A stretch of 64,000 bases of DNA from Chara braunii (Eukaryota > Plantae > Charophyceae), in assembly GCA_003427395.1 (NCBI GenBank), contig BFEA01000001.1, positions 7,977,639 through 8,041,638 on the forward strand, in the 5' to 3' direction. The notes under the pieces are model-generated. The model did no database searches, had not been told where the DNA came from, and was given only the letters and a program-made list of their open reading frames with translations. Position numbers and translations under genes: made by a program. Positions within the stretch are counted from its first letter, which is position 1. Every line of letters starts with the position of its first letter. This document shows, in pieces, positions 62,601 through 64,000 of the stretch.

Positions 62601-62986
62601 TAATACTTAGAACTTCCTGCCACCACTGGGAGGACTTTTTGGGACGAGCTTTGGGCATGATTGCGGTCAGATGCATGCAGGACAGCTCCTAATTGTGGTT
62701 ACGGTGACATTGAGCCCCGCGGGGTAGGGAGTGAGCGGCAGGCGAGTGACGGAACGCGGCGGGGACTCCATATTTCTCATTTGCGCGGGGGCTGGGAGAT
62801 AGGGAGAAGACGCTCTCGCGCGCTTACGTGGCAATGCCAGACGCGGTCCGCAATCGATCGGAGACCGTATCGCTTCTGTCGTTATGATTGCTGCGCACGT
62901 TGGCGCGGACTGCGGGGGTCGCAGGCGGAAAGGAAGGGAAGCGGACGGAGCGAAGAGGTAAGCGAGGGAGGGAACCCCCCCAGGGA

Positions 62987-63087
62987 GTCCTTCGGGACAT
63001 CTGTTAAAATTGGAACGATACGGAGAAGATCAGCATGGCCCTTGCGCAAGGATGACACGCATGAATCGAGAAATGGTCCAAATTATT
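62987..63087 (+). ncRNA. U6: U6 snRNA copy (variant; probably retroposed pseudogene)
   Basis: GTCCTTCGGGACATC..AAAATTGGAACGATACGGAGAAGATCAGCATGGCCCTTGCGCAAGGATGACACGCATGAATCGAGAAATGGTCCAAATT matches plant U6 full length. A-rich tail follows. Confidence 0.93.
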
Positions 63088-63366
63088 AAAAAAGAAACAA
63101 AAAACAAACAAACACCAGGGTCTACGCTGCGCGTTATAGCGCGCGCCCTGCGTGGAGGGAGGGTTGACCATGTAAATTTTGGGCCCTACTGGGAGGGCTT
63201 AACTACCATCAAGATAAAAGAAGCCGTAAGTATATTCAGCGTCTAAGTTACCGGGACGAGGGTGGGGAGATAGGCGTGGGCAATACAGGAAGGTGGAAAG
63301 CACAGGGGAGGGCCCCGCGGGGTTGAATGTCCGTGGGTTTGTGTTTCTGCGTGTTTGCTTTTGGTT

Positions 63367-63367
<1 letters not shown>

Positions 63368-63447
<80 letters not shown>

Positions 63448-63448
63448 N

Positions 63449-63492
<44 letters not shown>

Positions 63493-63515
63493 GTAGGTAG
63501 GTAGATAGGTAGGTG
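63368..63515. repeat. (TG)n(AG)n(TAGG)n compound microsatellite
   Basis: Read directly from the sequence. Confidence 0.95.
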
Positions 63516-63522
63516 AGAGTAG

Positions 63523-63621
63523 GGGCCTCGCTGCACTACTCTCAAGGGGGTGTATGTTTCCATATTCTAGCGGAAGATTCACTCTCCTTTTGCACATTTC
63601 GAGAGTAGTGCAGCGAGGCCC
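63523..63621. mobile_element. 99-bp PIF/Harbinger-type MITE
   Basis: 21-bp perfect TIR GGGCCTCGCTGCACTACTCTC; 3-bp TSD TAG. Confidence 0.8.
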
Positions 63622-64000
63622 TAGGTTGATAGGTAGGTGCATATGACCTACAATGTGGTGGCAGCAGACATCAATCCCGGCGAACATCTACGGTGGAATG
63701 TAGAGCGAGGAGTGGAAATTTATCGCAATGGGAGTAGAAACTGTAGGGACGCAGTGACACGCGTCACTAGCACAGATGTTAAGCGATAAAGGAGACTCGT
63801 CAAAGGCTGTTTGACTTCTTATGTTTAACTAATGAGTCAGTCTTCTGTCCATCGACTGCCGGGGATCGTTTTGGCGGGCGCCACCTGCAGCGGGGTCTTG
63901 GGGCTAAGTAGAGAGAGAAAGGAAAATTGCCGACTTGGTATCGGTGCATGGGGCACATAGAGTGAGGAGGCAAGAGAGCGAGAAACCGGGAACTGAGTCA

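Overview
This is a repeat-saturated eukaryotic intergenic window with plant/charophyte character (inferred from the plant-type U6, tRNA-iMet PBS and TE families). I found no host protein-coding gene. Main content: (1) a 14.1-kb defective Ty3/Gypsy-type element (5362-19448, minus strand, ~2.7-kb LTRs, 4-bp TSD) nested in a related solo LTR that itself interrupts an L1-like LINE; (2) a third related solo LTR (42566-51271) carrying a 6-kb L1 with a 14-bp TSD; (3) further L1, Gypsy and Penelope-like fragments, hAT and Harbinger MITEs, foldbacks and microsatellites; (4) three hammerhead ribozyme motifs and a variant U6 copy. The best candidate for an undescribed system is the big Gypsy element. Its terminal 11 nt are missing from the 5' LTR but are present where the PPT should be, forming a palindromic att-att junction (split-direct-repeat layout, suggesting integration from a circle). 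Its integrase is a separate PHD-finger fusion ORF behind a splice acceptor, and its LTRs encode a protein conserved across three diverged families. A covarying hairpin plus H-type pseudoknot also marks about ten LINE 3' ends. All alignments were done by eye, so boundaries of degenerate fragments are approximate.
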